DNA from: an uncultured delta proteobacterium
GTDB lineage: Bacteria > Desulfobacterota > Binatia > UBA9968
DNA: 64,000 bases
Direction of reading: 5' to 3'
Assembly: GCA_963745835.1 (NCBI GenBank)
Contig: CAVUZH010000018.1
Location: forward strand, 32,001-96,000
Shown here: positions 42,491 to 52,226 of the stretch, one piece after another
Numbering within the stretch: position 1 is the stretch's first letter
Layout of the letters: each line of letters begins with the position of its first letter
The notes under the pieces: model-generated
Told to the model about the DNA's origin: nothing
Seen by the model: only the letters and a program-made list of their open reading frames with translations
The model's database searches: none
Position numbers and translations under genes: made by a program

Positions 42491-44008
42491 ATGCACGACG
42501 ACATATACGATCATGATCACCCGGACAATTTCATCATTAAAGAAGATGAAATCGTCACCGATATCGAAGGCCTGGAAATGTTCTCGCTTAAAAGCGTCGG
42601 CATCGATATCGGTTCTTCGACTTCCCATCTGATTTTTTCACAGATCACGCTACGACGTGAGGGCGCCTCGCTTTCAGGCAGGTTTAAGGTCACCAATCGG
42701 GAAGTGCTATATCGCTCGCCGATCATGTTAACACCTTATGTGTCGGCGACGAAAATCGATACGGACAAGGTAAATGCCTTTATTCATAGCGCGTACAAAG
42801 AAGCCGGCTTGACGCCGGAAGATGTCGACACCGGCGCGGTGATCATCACCGGCGAGGCGCTCAAGAAAGAAAACGCTCAACCAATCGTCGAAGCCTTTGC
42901 CAAATATTCCGGTAAGTTTATTTGCGCCGCCGCGGGTCATAATCACGAGGCACTGCTAGCCGCTTACGGTTGTGGTGCGGTGGACTTATCAAAAACCGAG
43001 CACAAGACGGTTTTAAACGTCGATATGGGCGGCGGCACGACCAAGTTTTCGTTGGTTGAAGACGGCGTGGTTTCGCAAACGGCCTCCATCAACATCGGCG
43101 CGCGACTCATCGCCTTCGACGAGAAGGATACAATTACTCGCATCGAGGACGCTGGCCGGATGATGATGAAAGAGATCGGTCACACGGTTGCCCTCGGCCA
43201 GCGAATAACCGAGCAGCAAAAGGAGGATTTCGGCGCTTACATGGCGAAAATCCTTTTTGAAGTTATCGAGCAAGGAGCGACATCTGCGATGGCCAAACGA
43301 CTGATGGTCACTCCGCCTTTCGTGAATTATCGAGGGTTCAAACAGATCCATCATCTTGTCTTCTCCGGGGGTGTTTCGGAGCACGTCTATGATCGTGATT
43401 CCAGAGCTTACGGCGATATCGGTCCGGTACTTGGCGGTAATATGCGTGACTACCTGAAGAAGCTGCCGAAGGGTGTGCTCCGTGAGCCGATTGAAGGGAT
43501 TCGCGCCACTGTAATCGGCGCCGGGGAATATACTATTCAGGCCAGCGGCAACACCAGTTACGTTTCCAATGTCGAAGCCTTGCCAGTGCATGGCTTGAAG
43601 GTGATTCAGGCGGCATTGCGCAAAGATGTCTCTGTAGAAACGGCACTCAGGCAAGCGCTGGCAAAGTTCGACTTGCCGCATTTTACTTCGGGTTTGGCAT
43701 TGTCTCTCACTATCGATGGACAACCGGACTATCAATCGGTGCGCAAGTTGGCCGAAGGCATCGCCGAGGTTTTGCGGGATTCCGAAGACAATGAGTGTCC
43801 ACTCTATCTGACGCTTGATGTAGATATCGCCAAATCGTTAGGCGGAATTTTACGAGACGAACTGAAGATTGATCGCGATATCATTGCAGTGGATGGTATC
43901 GAGGTTGGGGATTTGGACTATATCGATATTGGTGAGTGCTTGGGGATTACCGAGGTTATCCCGGTCACCGTCAAGTCGTTGATGTTTCCAACCACCAACA
44001 GCGATTAA
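42491..44008 (+). CDS. EutA-like ASKHA ATPase (ethanolamine ammonia-lyase reactivating factor family)
   Basis: SVGIDIGSSTSHLIFS, YRSPIMLTP, VDTGAVIITGE, VDMGGGTTK, FSGGV, IRATVIGAGEYTIQASGNT, DYIDIG, IPVTVKSL. Confidence 0.85.
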   Translation: MHDDIYDHDHPDNFIIKEDEIVTDIEGLEMFSLKSVGIDIGSSTSHLIFSQITLRREGASLSGRFKVTNREVLYRSPIMLTPYVSATKIDTDKVNAFIHSAYKEAGLTPEDVDTGAVIITGEALKKENAQPIVEAFAKYSGKFICAAAGHNHEALLAAYGCGAVDLSKTEHKTVLNVDMGGGTTKFSLVEDGVVSQTASINIGARLIAFDEKDTITRIEDAGRMMMKEIGHTVALGQRITEQQKEDFGAYMAKILFEVIEQGATSAMAKRLMVTPPFVNYRGFKQIHHLVFSGGVSEHVYDRDSRAYGDIGPVLGGNMRDYLKKLPKGVLREPIEGIRATVIGAGEYTIQASGNTSYVSNVEALPVHGLKVIQAALRKDVSVETALRQALAKFDLPHFTSGLALSLTIDGQPDYQSVRKLAEGIAEVLRDSEDNECPLYLTLDVDIAKSLGGILRDELKIDRDIIAVDGIEVGDLDYIDIGECLGITEVIPVTVKSLMFPTTNSD

Positions 44009-44390
44009 ATTTGCCACTCTATCTTCAACCTCAGCCTCTGATCTGTTTCTAGCAGCAGAGAGCTGAAAGTAATCCCGACAGCCGGCTGAGTGCCACCCGT
44101 GGGCGGGCAAATCTTGCGATTTAATCATCGAAATTATATCTAGGTTGCCGCCCTCGATCCGCAACATAGTTAATTGGGCAGATTACTTGCCCGCGAGGGT
44201 CTTTTGCTGATTTCGCAATGCGTCCTGTTTCCGCTCAAGCCCACGCGTTATGTTGAACTAATCTGACACGCAACACGGCTTCGTTCGATGGCGCTGCATA
44301 TTGCTGCGGTCAGTCACGCCGGACGTGCAATTTATTTCAATTTTCAACGATGATATGACTCGTGAAGTTACCTGCGGAGGAAAAGAAACC

Positions 44391-45527
44391 ATGTCTAAAG
44401 CGGCGCAAGCAGATCGCAAAATGTGGAGTAAGATCTATACCTACGATGAGTGGATGGAGGCACAAGGTATTCCCATTTACCGCGGTTATTACATCGAGGA
44501 TTTGCGCACTTTGGGATTGGAGTGGTGGGAAGCGCGTCAGTGCAAAGCGGCGTTTATCCAGCTGGTGGGACAGGAAGGCGTCACTTCTGCTCGAGTGACC
44601 GAAATCCCGCCCGGCAAGACCGTGTCGCCACTTAAATTCAGCCTGGACGAAATCGTCTACGTGGTTGAAGGTCGGGGTTTGACAACTATCTGGGCCGGTG
44701 AGAATCGGCCAAAAAAAACTTTCGAATGGCAAAAGCACAGCATGTTCTTGTTGCCGCACAATTACACGCATCAGTTCAGCAATATGCAGGGGGACAAGCC
44801 GGCGCGCTTGCTGCACTACAATTACATGCCGCTGACGCTATCGGGGGTTCGCGATGTCAACTTCATATTAGGCAATCCTTACGAAGGACCGGATATTCAG
44901 AACCAATTGGATTTTTATTCCGAGGCCAAGATGGTGCAGCAAAGTCTGCTGGATGAGTCATGGGGGCGCCGCGCCTACTGGTACGGTAATTTTTTTCCCG
45001 ACATGCGCGCTTGGGACAAGCTCGATAGCAACGCCCGGCGTGGCGCCGGCGGCCGAAGTGTCTATATCCAGTTCCCCGACTCTGAGATGTCATGTCATAT
45101 GTCAGTCTTCGACGCGCGCCTGTACAAGAAGGCCCACCGGCATGGCCCGGGCCGAGTGATCGTCATTCCCGTAGGCGAGGGTTATTCAATCATGTGGGAG
45201 GAAGGTAAGGAGAAAGTCGTTGTGCCCTGGCATGAGGCTAGCTGCTTCGTGCCGCCGAACAAATGGTTTCATCAGCACTTCAACGCCGGCAGCGAACCGG
45301 CGCGATATCTTGCCTTGCATCCACCGATGCAGTTTCATGGCCACGCAGAAAAGGTGGAAGACCGCGCCAAAGATCAGATCGAGTACGTCAATGAGGACAA
45401 ATGGGTTCGCGACAAGTTTGAAGCGGAGCTGGCCAAGCGCGGCATCACATCCTTGATGCCGCCGGAGGCATACATCGACCCGGAATTCGAGTGGAACTGG
45501 TCCCCTTTCCTGCGTAAGTCCAGCTAA
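44391..45527 (+). CDS. Uncharacterised bicupin (paralog 2)
   Basis: Shares long identical blocks with 41249..42382 (WYGNFFPDMRAW, YKKAHRHGPGR, RYLALHPPMQFHGHAEK, EDRAKDQIEY); GGAGG before ATG at 44391. Confidence 0.85.
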   Translation: MSKAAQADRKMWSKIYTYDEWMEAQGIPIYRGYYIEDLRTLGLEWWEARQCKAAFIQLVGQEGVTSARVTEIPPGKTVSPLKFSLDEIVYVVEGRGLTTIWAGENRPKKTFEWQKHSMFLLPHNYTHQFSNMQGDKPARLLHYNYMPLTLSGVRDVNFILGNPYEGPDIQNQLDFYSEAKMVQQSLLDESWGRRAYWYGNFFPDMRAWDKLDSNARRGAGGRSVYIQFPDSEMSCHMSVFDARLYKKAHRHGPGRVIVIPVGEGYSIMWEEGKEKVVVPWHEASCFVPPNKWFHQHFNAGSEPARYLALHPPMQFHGHAEKVEDRAKDQIEYVNEDKWVRDKFEAELAKRGITSLMPPEAYIDPEFEWNWSPFLRKSS

Positions 45528-45547
45528 TCAAGGAATTGAATCGCTCG

Positions 45548-46450
45548 CTACTGGAGCTGCGGCAGGATTTTATTCCCAAACAAGTCCAATTGTGTCGGGT
45601 CGGGATCGGCCACGCCGATGATTAGTGTGTCGAGTCCACGAGATAAAAAAGAACCGATGCGGTCCGCGATGGCGCCGGGAGAGCCTACTAAGGATGTGCT
45701 TGCGACCTCTCCCCGGACCTTGCCGTAGTATCGCGTCATGTAGTTCTCGATGGTTTTAACCGCCCTGCCGTGATCCTCATCCACGGCCATGAAGGTGAGC
45801 CCCGCCTTTTCGATATCATCCGGATTGCGCCCTGCCGCGCGCGCGTAACCAGCGACTTTCTCCCAGGTCTGAGGAAATTCCGGAATAGCTGAGCTACCGC
45901 AAATATAGCCGTCGGCCCAGGTGCCGGCGCGTTTGAGTGCGACCTCAGCGCTGCCGCCGGTCCAAATAGGAATTGGCTTCTGAATTGGCCCTGGACCTAT
46001 GGTGAGATTCTCGACATTGAAAAACTTACCAGTGTGCGTGACGTTCTCTTCCGTCCAAAGACGTTTGATGAGATTGACTTGTTCCACTGCCCTACTGCCG
46101 CGCTTGTCGAAAGGTACTTCTACGGCTTTGTAATCGCTCTCCCGACTGCCGAAACCGAGGCCCAGTGTCATGCGGCCATTGGAAATGAAATCCAAGGTGG
46201 CGACGATTTTGGCGAGATGGGTTGGGTGCCGCAGGTTGCCCAGCAGCACTGAAGTACCGAGACGAATTCTTTGCGTCGCGCCCGCTGCGGCAGCTAACAT
46301 GGTCAACGGCTCGAGATTATCGTAGGCGACTCGGTCGATAGTCCACATCGAATCGACACCCATGGCCTCACAGTTCTTGGCAAAATTGACAACATAGTTT
46401 GGCCTGATCAACGGCGCTGGACTGACAACCGCAAGACCGATCTTACCCAT
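45548..46450 (-). CDS. LLM class flavin-dependent oxidoreductase
   Basis: GVDSMWTID, IRLGTSVL, AKIVATLDFISNGRMTLGLGFG, PIWTGG, WADG. Confidence 0.9.
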   Translation of the reverse strand: MGKIGLAVVSPAPLIRPNYVVNFAKNCEAMGVDSMWTIDRVAYDNLEPLTMLAAAAGATQRIRLGTSVLLGNLRHPTHLAKIVATLDFISNGRMTLGLGFGSRESDYKAVEVPFDKRGSRAVEQVNLIKRLWTEENVTHTGKFFNVENLTIGPGPIQKPIPIWTGGSAEVALKRAGTWADGYICGSSAIPEFPQTWEKVAGYARAAGRNPDDIEKAGLTFMAVDEDHGRAVKTIENYMTRYYGKVRGEVASTSLVGSPGAIADRIGSFLSRGLDTLIIGVADPDPTQLDLFGNKILPQLQ

Positions 46451-46569
46451 TTATTTCTCCTTTTTACGGATCCAAGAACACTGCTAGCGTCTGGCTAAAT
46501 TAGACTAGGTACAGCGCCCTTTTCAAGTTGAATTCTCTGCGATATACGAGTCACAAGGAGGACGCGTAA

Positions 46570-47004
46570 ATGGAAGCTTCTACATTCAAGCTTAAGACCC
46601 CGCACATTACTGGAGGCCGTAGTCATACACCGCTGGCGCAAACAGAGCATATGACAATTGGCCTGAACTACTACATACCGGGACGGAAAAACAAACTACA
46701 TACGCATCCGGGGGAGGATCATACTTTTGTCGTGATGGACGGACAAGCCACCTTCTATAACAAGGATCATCAGCCGACCGTTCTCAATAAGGGTGAAGGG
46801 ATTATTTTGCCGGAGAACCACTACTACTATTTTCAAAGCACCGGCGATCGGCCTCTTGCCTTGTTTCGGGTGAGCGCGAAGAAGGGCACCAAACCGAAGG
46901 TTTTGCGGGTCGATTCTGAGGGAAATAAGCGTACCGACGAAGAGATCGACTTTGTCGTTGTTGATGGCGAGACTGTAGAGGGTAAATTTTGGGAGCTTGG
47001 CTAA
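46570..47004 (+). CDS. Monocupin protein
   Basis: LHTHPGEDHTFVVMDG metal motif, GIILPENHYYYF; AAGGAGG RBS. Confidence 0.85.
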   Translation: MEASTFKLKTPHITGGRSHTPLAQTEHMTIGLNYYIPGRKNKLHTHPGEDHTFVVMDGQATFYNKDHQPTVLNKGEGIILPENHYYYFQSTGDRPLALFRVSAKKGTKPKVLRVDSEGNKRTDEEIDFVVVDGETVEGKFWELG

Positions 47005-47010
47005 GCACAA

Positions 47011-48165
47011 ATGAAGATCACCGAGGTTAAAACCCTTCGTTTGCGTGCCGCTATCCCGCAAGAGGGACAAGTTTTCAGTCGTTCCGGAGTGAGAAACTAT
47101 CGTTCAACGACTCTGGTTCAAATTGACACCGACGAAGGGGTTTCCGGATTAGGGTCCTGCTCGGGCAACGGCGAACTCATTGAATTCATCGTCGCGAAAA
47201 TATTGAGTCCGCTGATAGTCGGTATGGACCCGACCCGGATCGATGAAGTGTGGGAGCGGGCTTATATTAGAGGCGGCCACAAAGAATTCGGTACGCGTGG
47301 CATAGGGGTGGTCGCGTTGAGCGGAGTTGACGTGGCTTTGTGGGATATCATCGGCAAGATTCGCGGTCTCCCGCTCTACCAAATCTTAGGAGGTAAATGC
47401 CGTGACAAGGTTCCTGTATATGCCACGGCTCTTTACCCTGAAAAACCATCAACGGTTGCGAAAAAAGCCTGTCTATTTGCTGACCAGGGATTTCAGGGTG
47501 TAAAAATCAAGGTCGGTTTCGACCTGGATCAGGACATCGAAATTGTTCGCGCAGTACGCCAAGAGTTGGGCAGAGACTTCATTGTGATGACTGATGCGAA
47601 CCAAGGCTATACCGTAGATGTCGGATTGAAAGCGGCCGAAGCGTTCGCCGAGATTGGGGTATTCTGGCTTGAGGAACCGCTCTTTGCTGAAGACATCGCT
47701 GGGCATGCGCAGTTGCGGGAAAAGACCGAGGTGCCAATTGCCGTCGGTGAGAACTTGCACATGTGCTCAGCCTTTGAAAACTTCGTGGTGAGACAAGCCG
47801 TCGATTTCCTTCAGCCGGATGTGGCGCGCGCTGGCGGAATCACAGAAATAAGAAAGATTGCGGCTCTCGCTGCGGAACATCGGATGCCGATATCATTTCA
47901 TACTTGGGGAGACGCGGTGGCGCTGGCCGCCAGCGTTCATCTTTCAGCGGCCATGCCGGAGTGCACCGTGATGGAGCTCGACTATACGTACAATCCTCTT
48001 CGTGCGGAGCTATTGCGACAGCCGTTAAAAGTGGAAAACGGCTTCATGGCTCCTCCTGATAAACCGGGATTGGGAATCGAGCTTGATGCCGATGCTCTGG
48101 CGCGTTTCGCGTTCTCTGGCGTCGAAGAGCTTGCCGTACGGCAGAAAGCGTTGACTGCGAGATAA
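47011..48165 (+). CDS. Mandelate racemase/muconate lactonizing enzyme (enolase superfamily)
   Basis: SGVDVALWDIIGK, KIKVG (KxK), DANQ, WLEEP, GEN, QPDV, PGLGIE. Confidence 0.93.
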   Translation: MKITEVKTLRLRAAIPQEGQVFSRSGVRNYRSTTLVQIDTDEGVSGLGSCSGNGELIEFIVAKILSPLIVGMDPTRIDEVWERAYIRGGHKEFGTRGIGVVALSGVDVALWDIIGKIRGLPLYQILGGKCRDKVPVYATALYPEKPSTVAKKACLFADQGFQGVKIKVGFDLDQDIEIVRAVRQELGRDFIVMTDANQGYTVDVGLKAAEAFAEIGVFWLEEPLFAEDIAGHAQLREKTEVPIAVGENLHMCSAFENFVVRQAVDFLQPDVARAGGITEIRKIAALAAEHRMPISFHTWGDAVALAASVHLSAAMPECTVMELDYTYNPLRAELLRQPLKVENGFMAPPDKPGLGIELDADALARFAFSGVEELAVRQKALTAR

Positions 48166-48797
48166 ATCCGGCCGTGGTTATACTCGCGGGAGCGCGAGCG
48201 TTCGGGCCGCTGTAGAGGGAAAGGCGGCGTGTTAGTTGCCATGATGTTGCACTCACAACAAAGGAGATCCGCCTGATCTGATCCTCCGCTGAGATCTGTG
48301 CTTTTGAAGTAGCCGAGTGTGAACGGTGGCTTCCTGTCCTTCATAAATCGTTAAGTCTGCTATAACTCCGCGCTCGTTAACAGAACGGGGCTTAGTGAAC
48401 TGACTTTCGTGCACAGGGCTGTAAGGATCCTCTACTTCTTCTTTTCTGTAGAGAGGGTACTGCACAGACGCTCTGCTAGATCAGGGTTGGTTCCATCGAT
48501 ACACCTCAGATGACTTCGTAATTATAAGGAGTAGCTTAAATGTTTCGTCCGAAGGTATGGCTTGGAAGCCGAAAGGCCTGATAACTTTAAGCACGTGAGC
48601 TTCAGAGAATTTTATGATTTCCTGGAGGTCGCTCGACCTGAGAAGCCTTATCGATTCAAAGAGGGCTCGAACAGAGCCGATGGTCTAGAGAAAATTTAGC
48701 GATTCGAGAATCGGAAAGTCTCTGCCCATTAGCTGCATTGATAACCGGCCGTTTTGGGTTGCCTTGCCAGTCGAAGTTGCTACGATTGTTAGGCTTT

Positions 48798-50174
48798 ATG
48801 TACCAGGAAGATACGATTGCGGCGATTGCGACTGCGATGGGAGAAGGCGGAGTGGCGATTGTCCGCATCAGCGGACCGGACGCTGAAAAGGCTGTGCGTG
48901 CGATATTTGTGCGTTCACGTCAGAACGATATTAAGCTGCGTTCGCACGTACTCTACCAAGGCTCGATTCGCGATCCGCATGCCGATCTAATCCTCGATCA
49001 GGTTCTAGTAACCATAATGCGGCAGCCCCGTAGTTATACAGGAGAAGATGTTGCCGAAATCCATTGTCATGGTGGTGCCTTTTTGGTTCAACGGATTCTC
49101 GGCCTGGTGCTCGCGCAAGGGGTGCGTCATGCGGAACGCGGTGAGTTTACCAAGCGAGCGTTTTTGAATGGTAGAATGGATCTTTCCCAGGCTGAAGCTG
49201 TGCTTGATCTGATTCGCGCGCGCACGGATAAGGGCATTCAATTAGCGGTTCAAAACGCCGAAGGTGTTCTATCAAAATGGGTGGGCGATCTTAGGGAAGA
49301 ATTGATTGATATTCTCGTCCAGGTTGAAGCAGCGATCGACTTCCCGGAGGAAGACGTCGAACTCTTGGACCGTTCTGCGTTGATTACAAAGATCACTGCT
49401 CTGAGGGAAAAGATTGGGGGTATTTTAAGTACTTATCGATGGGGCAGATTGTTCAAAGAAGGTGCACGAGTCTGTATTTGCGGACGCCCTAATGTTGGTA
49501 AGTCGAGTCTTCTGAATGCGCTCATGGGCGATAGCCGCGTCATCGTCAGCGCGATTCCCGGTACCACCAGAGATGTTATTGAAGTGTCTCTCAACCTGGA
49601 TGGCTTACCCGTTGTTTTATGGGATACCGCAGGGATTCGCGAGACCGAGGACGAAGTGGAAAAAGCCGGCGTAGGCTTGTCTCTGGAATACATTGCAAAC
49701 GCCGATGCTGTTATCGCGGTCCTGGACGGTTCTGAGTCGCTAACCCAAGAGGACGTGTCGTTATTGTTAAACATCGATCATGCGAAGAGTTTGGTCGCCG
49801 TAAACAAGAGTGATCTGCAACAGCGACTCGATCTTATTGAAGCCAGGCATATTTTTACCAGCTCATGCTTTGTTCCCGTTTGCGCTAAGGATGGTACTGG
49901 AATAGACGGATTGAAGTCTAAGCTCCGGCAGTTTCTTCTCGGAAGAAGTATCGAATCGCCAGTGATCTTGAACAACCTGCGCCACAAAAATTCGTTACTT
50001 CGCGGCCAAGACGTTCTCGCAACAGCCATTGTACATCTCGAGCGAGGCGATCCACCCGAAATCGTCGCAGTCAGTCTCCAAGAGGCGAGAGAAAGTTTCG
50101 AAGAGGTAGTTGGAATCGTCACAAGCGATGATATTTTAGAACGTATTTTTAGTGATTTTTGTATTGGTAAATAG
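48798..50174 (+). CDS. mnmE: tRNA modification GTPase MnmE
   Basis: DTIAAIAT, SYTGED, GEFTKRAFLNG, GRPNVGKSS, GTTRD, DTAG, C-terminal FCIGK. Confidence 0.98.
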   Translation: MYQEDTIAAIATAMGEGGVAIVRISGPDAEKAVRAIFVRSRQNDIKLRSHVLYQGSIRDPHADLILDQVLVTIMRQPRSYTGEDVAEIHCHGGAFLVQRILGLVLAQGVRHAERGEFTKRAFLNGRMDLSQAEAVLDLIRARTDKGIQLAVQNAEGVLSKWVGDLREELIDILVQVEAAIDFPEEDVELLDRSALITKITALREKIGGILSTYRWGRLFKEGARVCICGRPNVGKSSLLNALMGDSRVIVSAIPGTTRDVIEVSLNLDGLPVVLWDTAGIRETEDEVEKAGVGLSLEYIANADAVIAVLDGSESLTQEDVSLLLNIDHAKSLVAVNKSDLQQRLDLIEARHIFTSSCFVPVCAKDGTGIDGLKSKLRQFLLGRSIESPVILNNLRHKNSLLRGQDVLATAIVHLERGDPPEIVAVSLQEARESFEEVVGIVTSDDILERIFSDFCIGK

Positions 50175-50209
50175 TTCATTACATTATTAACTAAGTCTTG
50201 CCAGAGACG

Positions 50210-50225
50210 TGTTTCACGTGAAACT
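50210..50225. promoter_or_regulatory. parS site 1
   Basis: TGTTTCACGTGAAACT, 15/16 match to consensus TGTTTCACGTGAAACA; abuts the mnmG ATG. Confidence 0.9.
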
Positions 50226-52124
50226 ATGAAAAATGAGCAAATCTTCGATGTTATCGTGGTCGGGGCTGGCCATGCCGGTATAGAAGCATGTTTGGCTGCC
50301 TCTAGGATGGGTTCGAAAACATTGATGTTAACACTGAACCTCGATCATATCGGTCAGATGTCCTGTAATCCGGCAATCGGCGGAATCGGTAAAGGCCACC
50401 TTGTGAAAGAGATAGACGCTTTAGGTGGTGAAATGGCCCGGGCTATCGATGAAACCGGCATTCAGTTTCGAATGTTGAATACCAAGAAGGGTCCTGCAGT
50501 ACGCGCGTCTCGAGCTCAGGCCGACAAAGCTCGTTACCGCATGCGTATGAAGCGAGTTCTGGAAGCTTGCGGCAGCTTGACTCTTCGTCAGGGAAGTGTC
50601 GAAAGACTTCTTGTTAGAAACGGCTATGTAGACGGAGTTGAGACTCTAATTGGTGAAAAATTTTTTGGCAGAACCGTTATTCTAACCACCGGAACTTTCC
50701 TCAAGGGCCTAATCCATATCGGGAGCCAGAATTACTCTGCCGGGCGAGCCGGCGATTTCGCCGTGCAAGGATTAAGTCAGTATTTGGCTGAGTATGGTTT
50801 CAAAGTTGGGCGACTCAAGACGGGAACCTGCCCACGTTTAGATGCGCGTACTATCAACTTTCCTAGCTTGCAGGTTCAACTGGGCGATCCCGACCCGATC
50901 CCATTTTCGTTCTCGAATCAGTCGATAATTCAGAAGCAAGTGCCTTGTTACATAACGTACACCAATGAGAGAACCCACGAGCTGATTAGGTCGGCGATTC
51001 ACCTGTCGCCGATGTATTCAGGTGTAATTCAAAGTCGCGGCCCACGATATTGCCCATCCATCGAAGATAAGGTAGTGCGATTTGCCGATAAGATCCGGCA
51101 CCAGATCTTTCTCGAACCCGAGGGGCTGGATACGGTAGAGATCTATCCGAATGGAATTTCCACCAGCTTGCCACTCGAGGTGCAAGCCGATCTAGTGCGC
51201 TCGATTGAAGGTCTTGAAAAAGCCGCGATTATGAGACCGGGCTATGCGATTGAATATGACTACGTCGAACCAACCCAGCTAAAGCCTTCGCTGGAAACGA
51301 AGCTAATCCGAGGCCTATATCACGCCGGCCAGATAAACGGAACTACTGGCTACGAGGAAGCAGCGGCGCAGGGACTGATGGCTGGAATCAATGCCGCCTT
51401 GAGCAATCGGGGGGAAGATCCACTGATCTTAGGTCGCGATCAGGGGTACATTGGGGTCTTAATAGACGACTTGGTAACTAAGGGGACTGACGCTGAGCCG
51501 TACAGGATGTTTACTTCCCGTGCGGAGTATAGACTGATGTTGCGCGAAGACAATGCAGATCTCAGATTGACTGATATCGGATACAAGCTCGGTTGTGTTA
51601 GCGAAAAAGCATACGAGAAGTTACAGGAAAAAAAGCGCGATATGGCCGCTCTCGCGGAATTGCTGAATCGTCTTCAGGTTACACCGTGCAGTGAAACGAA
51701 CACAATATTGGAGCGTTTAAGCTCCGCTCCGATTACTAGCAAGAGCCCCCTTATACAGCTACTTCGTAGGCCGGAGCTAACGATTAGTGATCTGATCCGG
51801 TTCGCTCCAGAAATTGGAAACTATTCGCCTCATGTGGCAACTCAGCTAGAAGTGGAAGTGAAATATACGGGATATCTCCGTCGTCAGACTGAGATGATTA
51901 GTCGTTGTAGGAACATGGAAGAATCTCGGGTCCCGCAGGATATGGATTACGCTGCTATCAATGGACTCTCACGCGAGGTTCGAGAGAAGTTGGATCGCAT
52001 TCGCCCGTTATCCGTAGGCCAAGCAGCCAGAATCCCGGGCATCACTCCGGCGGCGATTTCATTGCTTTCTGTGTACTTGAAGAAACATTTCAGACGCCAT
52101 GAACTGAAGATTTCGTCCTCATAA
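50226..52124 (+). CDS. mnmG: tRNA uridine 5-carboxymethylaminomethyl modification enzyme MnmG
   Basis: GAGHAG, MSCNPAIGG, GPRYCPSIEDK, AGQINGTTGYEEAAAQG, EPYRMFTSRAEYRL. Confidence 0.99.
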   Translation: MKNEQIFDVIVVGAGHAGIEACLAASRMGSKTLMLTLNLDHIGQMSCNPAIGGIGKGHLVKEIDALGGEMARAIDETGIQFRMLNTKKGPAVRASRAQADKARYRMRMKRVLEACGSLTLRQGSVERLLVRNGYVDGVETLIGEKFFGRTVILTTGTFLKGLIHIGSQNYSAGRAGDFAVQGLSQYLAEYGFKVGRLKTGTCPRLDARTINFPSLQVQLGDPDPIPFSFSNQSIIQKQVPCYITYTNERTHELIRSAIHLSPMYSGVIQSRGPRYCPSIEDKVVRFADKIRHQIFLEPEGLDTVEIYPNGISTSLPLEVQADLVRSIEGLEKAAIMRPGYAIEYDYVEPTQLKPSLETKLIRGLYHAGQINGTTGYEEAAAQGLMAGINAALSNRGEDPLILGRDQGYIGVLIDDLVTKGTDAEPYRMFTSRAEYRLMLREDNADLRLTDIGYKLGCVSEKAYEKLQEKKRDMAALAELLNRLQVTPCSETNTILERLSSAPITSKSPLIQLLRRPELTISDLIRFAPEIGNYSPHVATQLEVEVKYTGYLRRQTEMISRCRNMEESRVPQDMDYAAINGLSREVREKLDRIRPLSVGQAARIPGITPAAISLLSVYLKKHFRRHELKISSS

Positions 52125-52131
52125 ACGCCAA

Positions 52132-52147
52132 CGTTTCACGTGAAACC
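52132..52147. promoter_or_regulatory. parS site 2
   Basis: CGTTTCACGTGAAACC, perfect 14-bp palindromic core, between mnmG and parA. Confidence 0.88.
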
Positions 52148-52226
52148 ACAAGTTTCTGCTTTCTTTCCGACCTGCTTTGTGTTACAAACTTCAACAATCC
52201 CGCTAATATCTAAGTAGTTAATTTAT

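Noticed and set aside
44009-44390. Structured RNA or sigma54 promoter before bicupin 2
   Set aside because: Only imperfect hairpins; TGGCGCTGCATATTGC has 11-bp rather than 10-bp GG-GC spacing; no cobalamin riboswitch core was seen.
48166-48797. Gene or mobile-element remnant in the 630-bp gap before mnmE
   Set aside because: Only short ORFs without recognisable motifs; no terminal repeats or transposase similarity visible.
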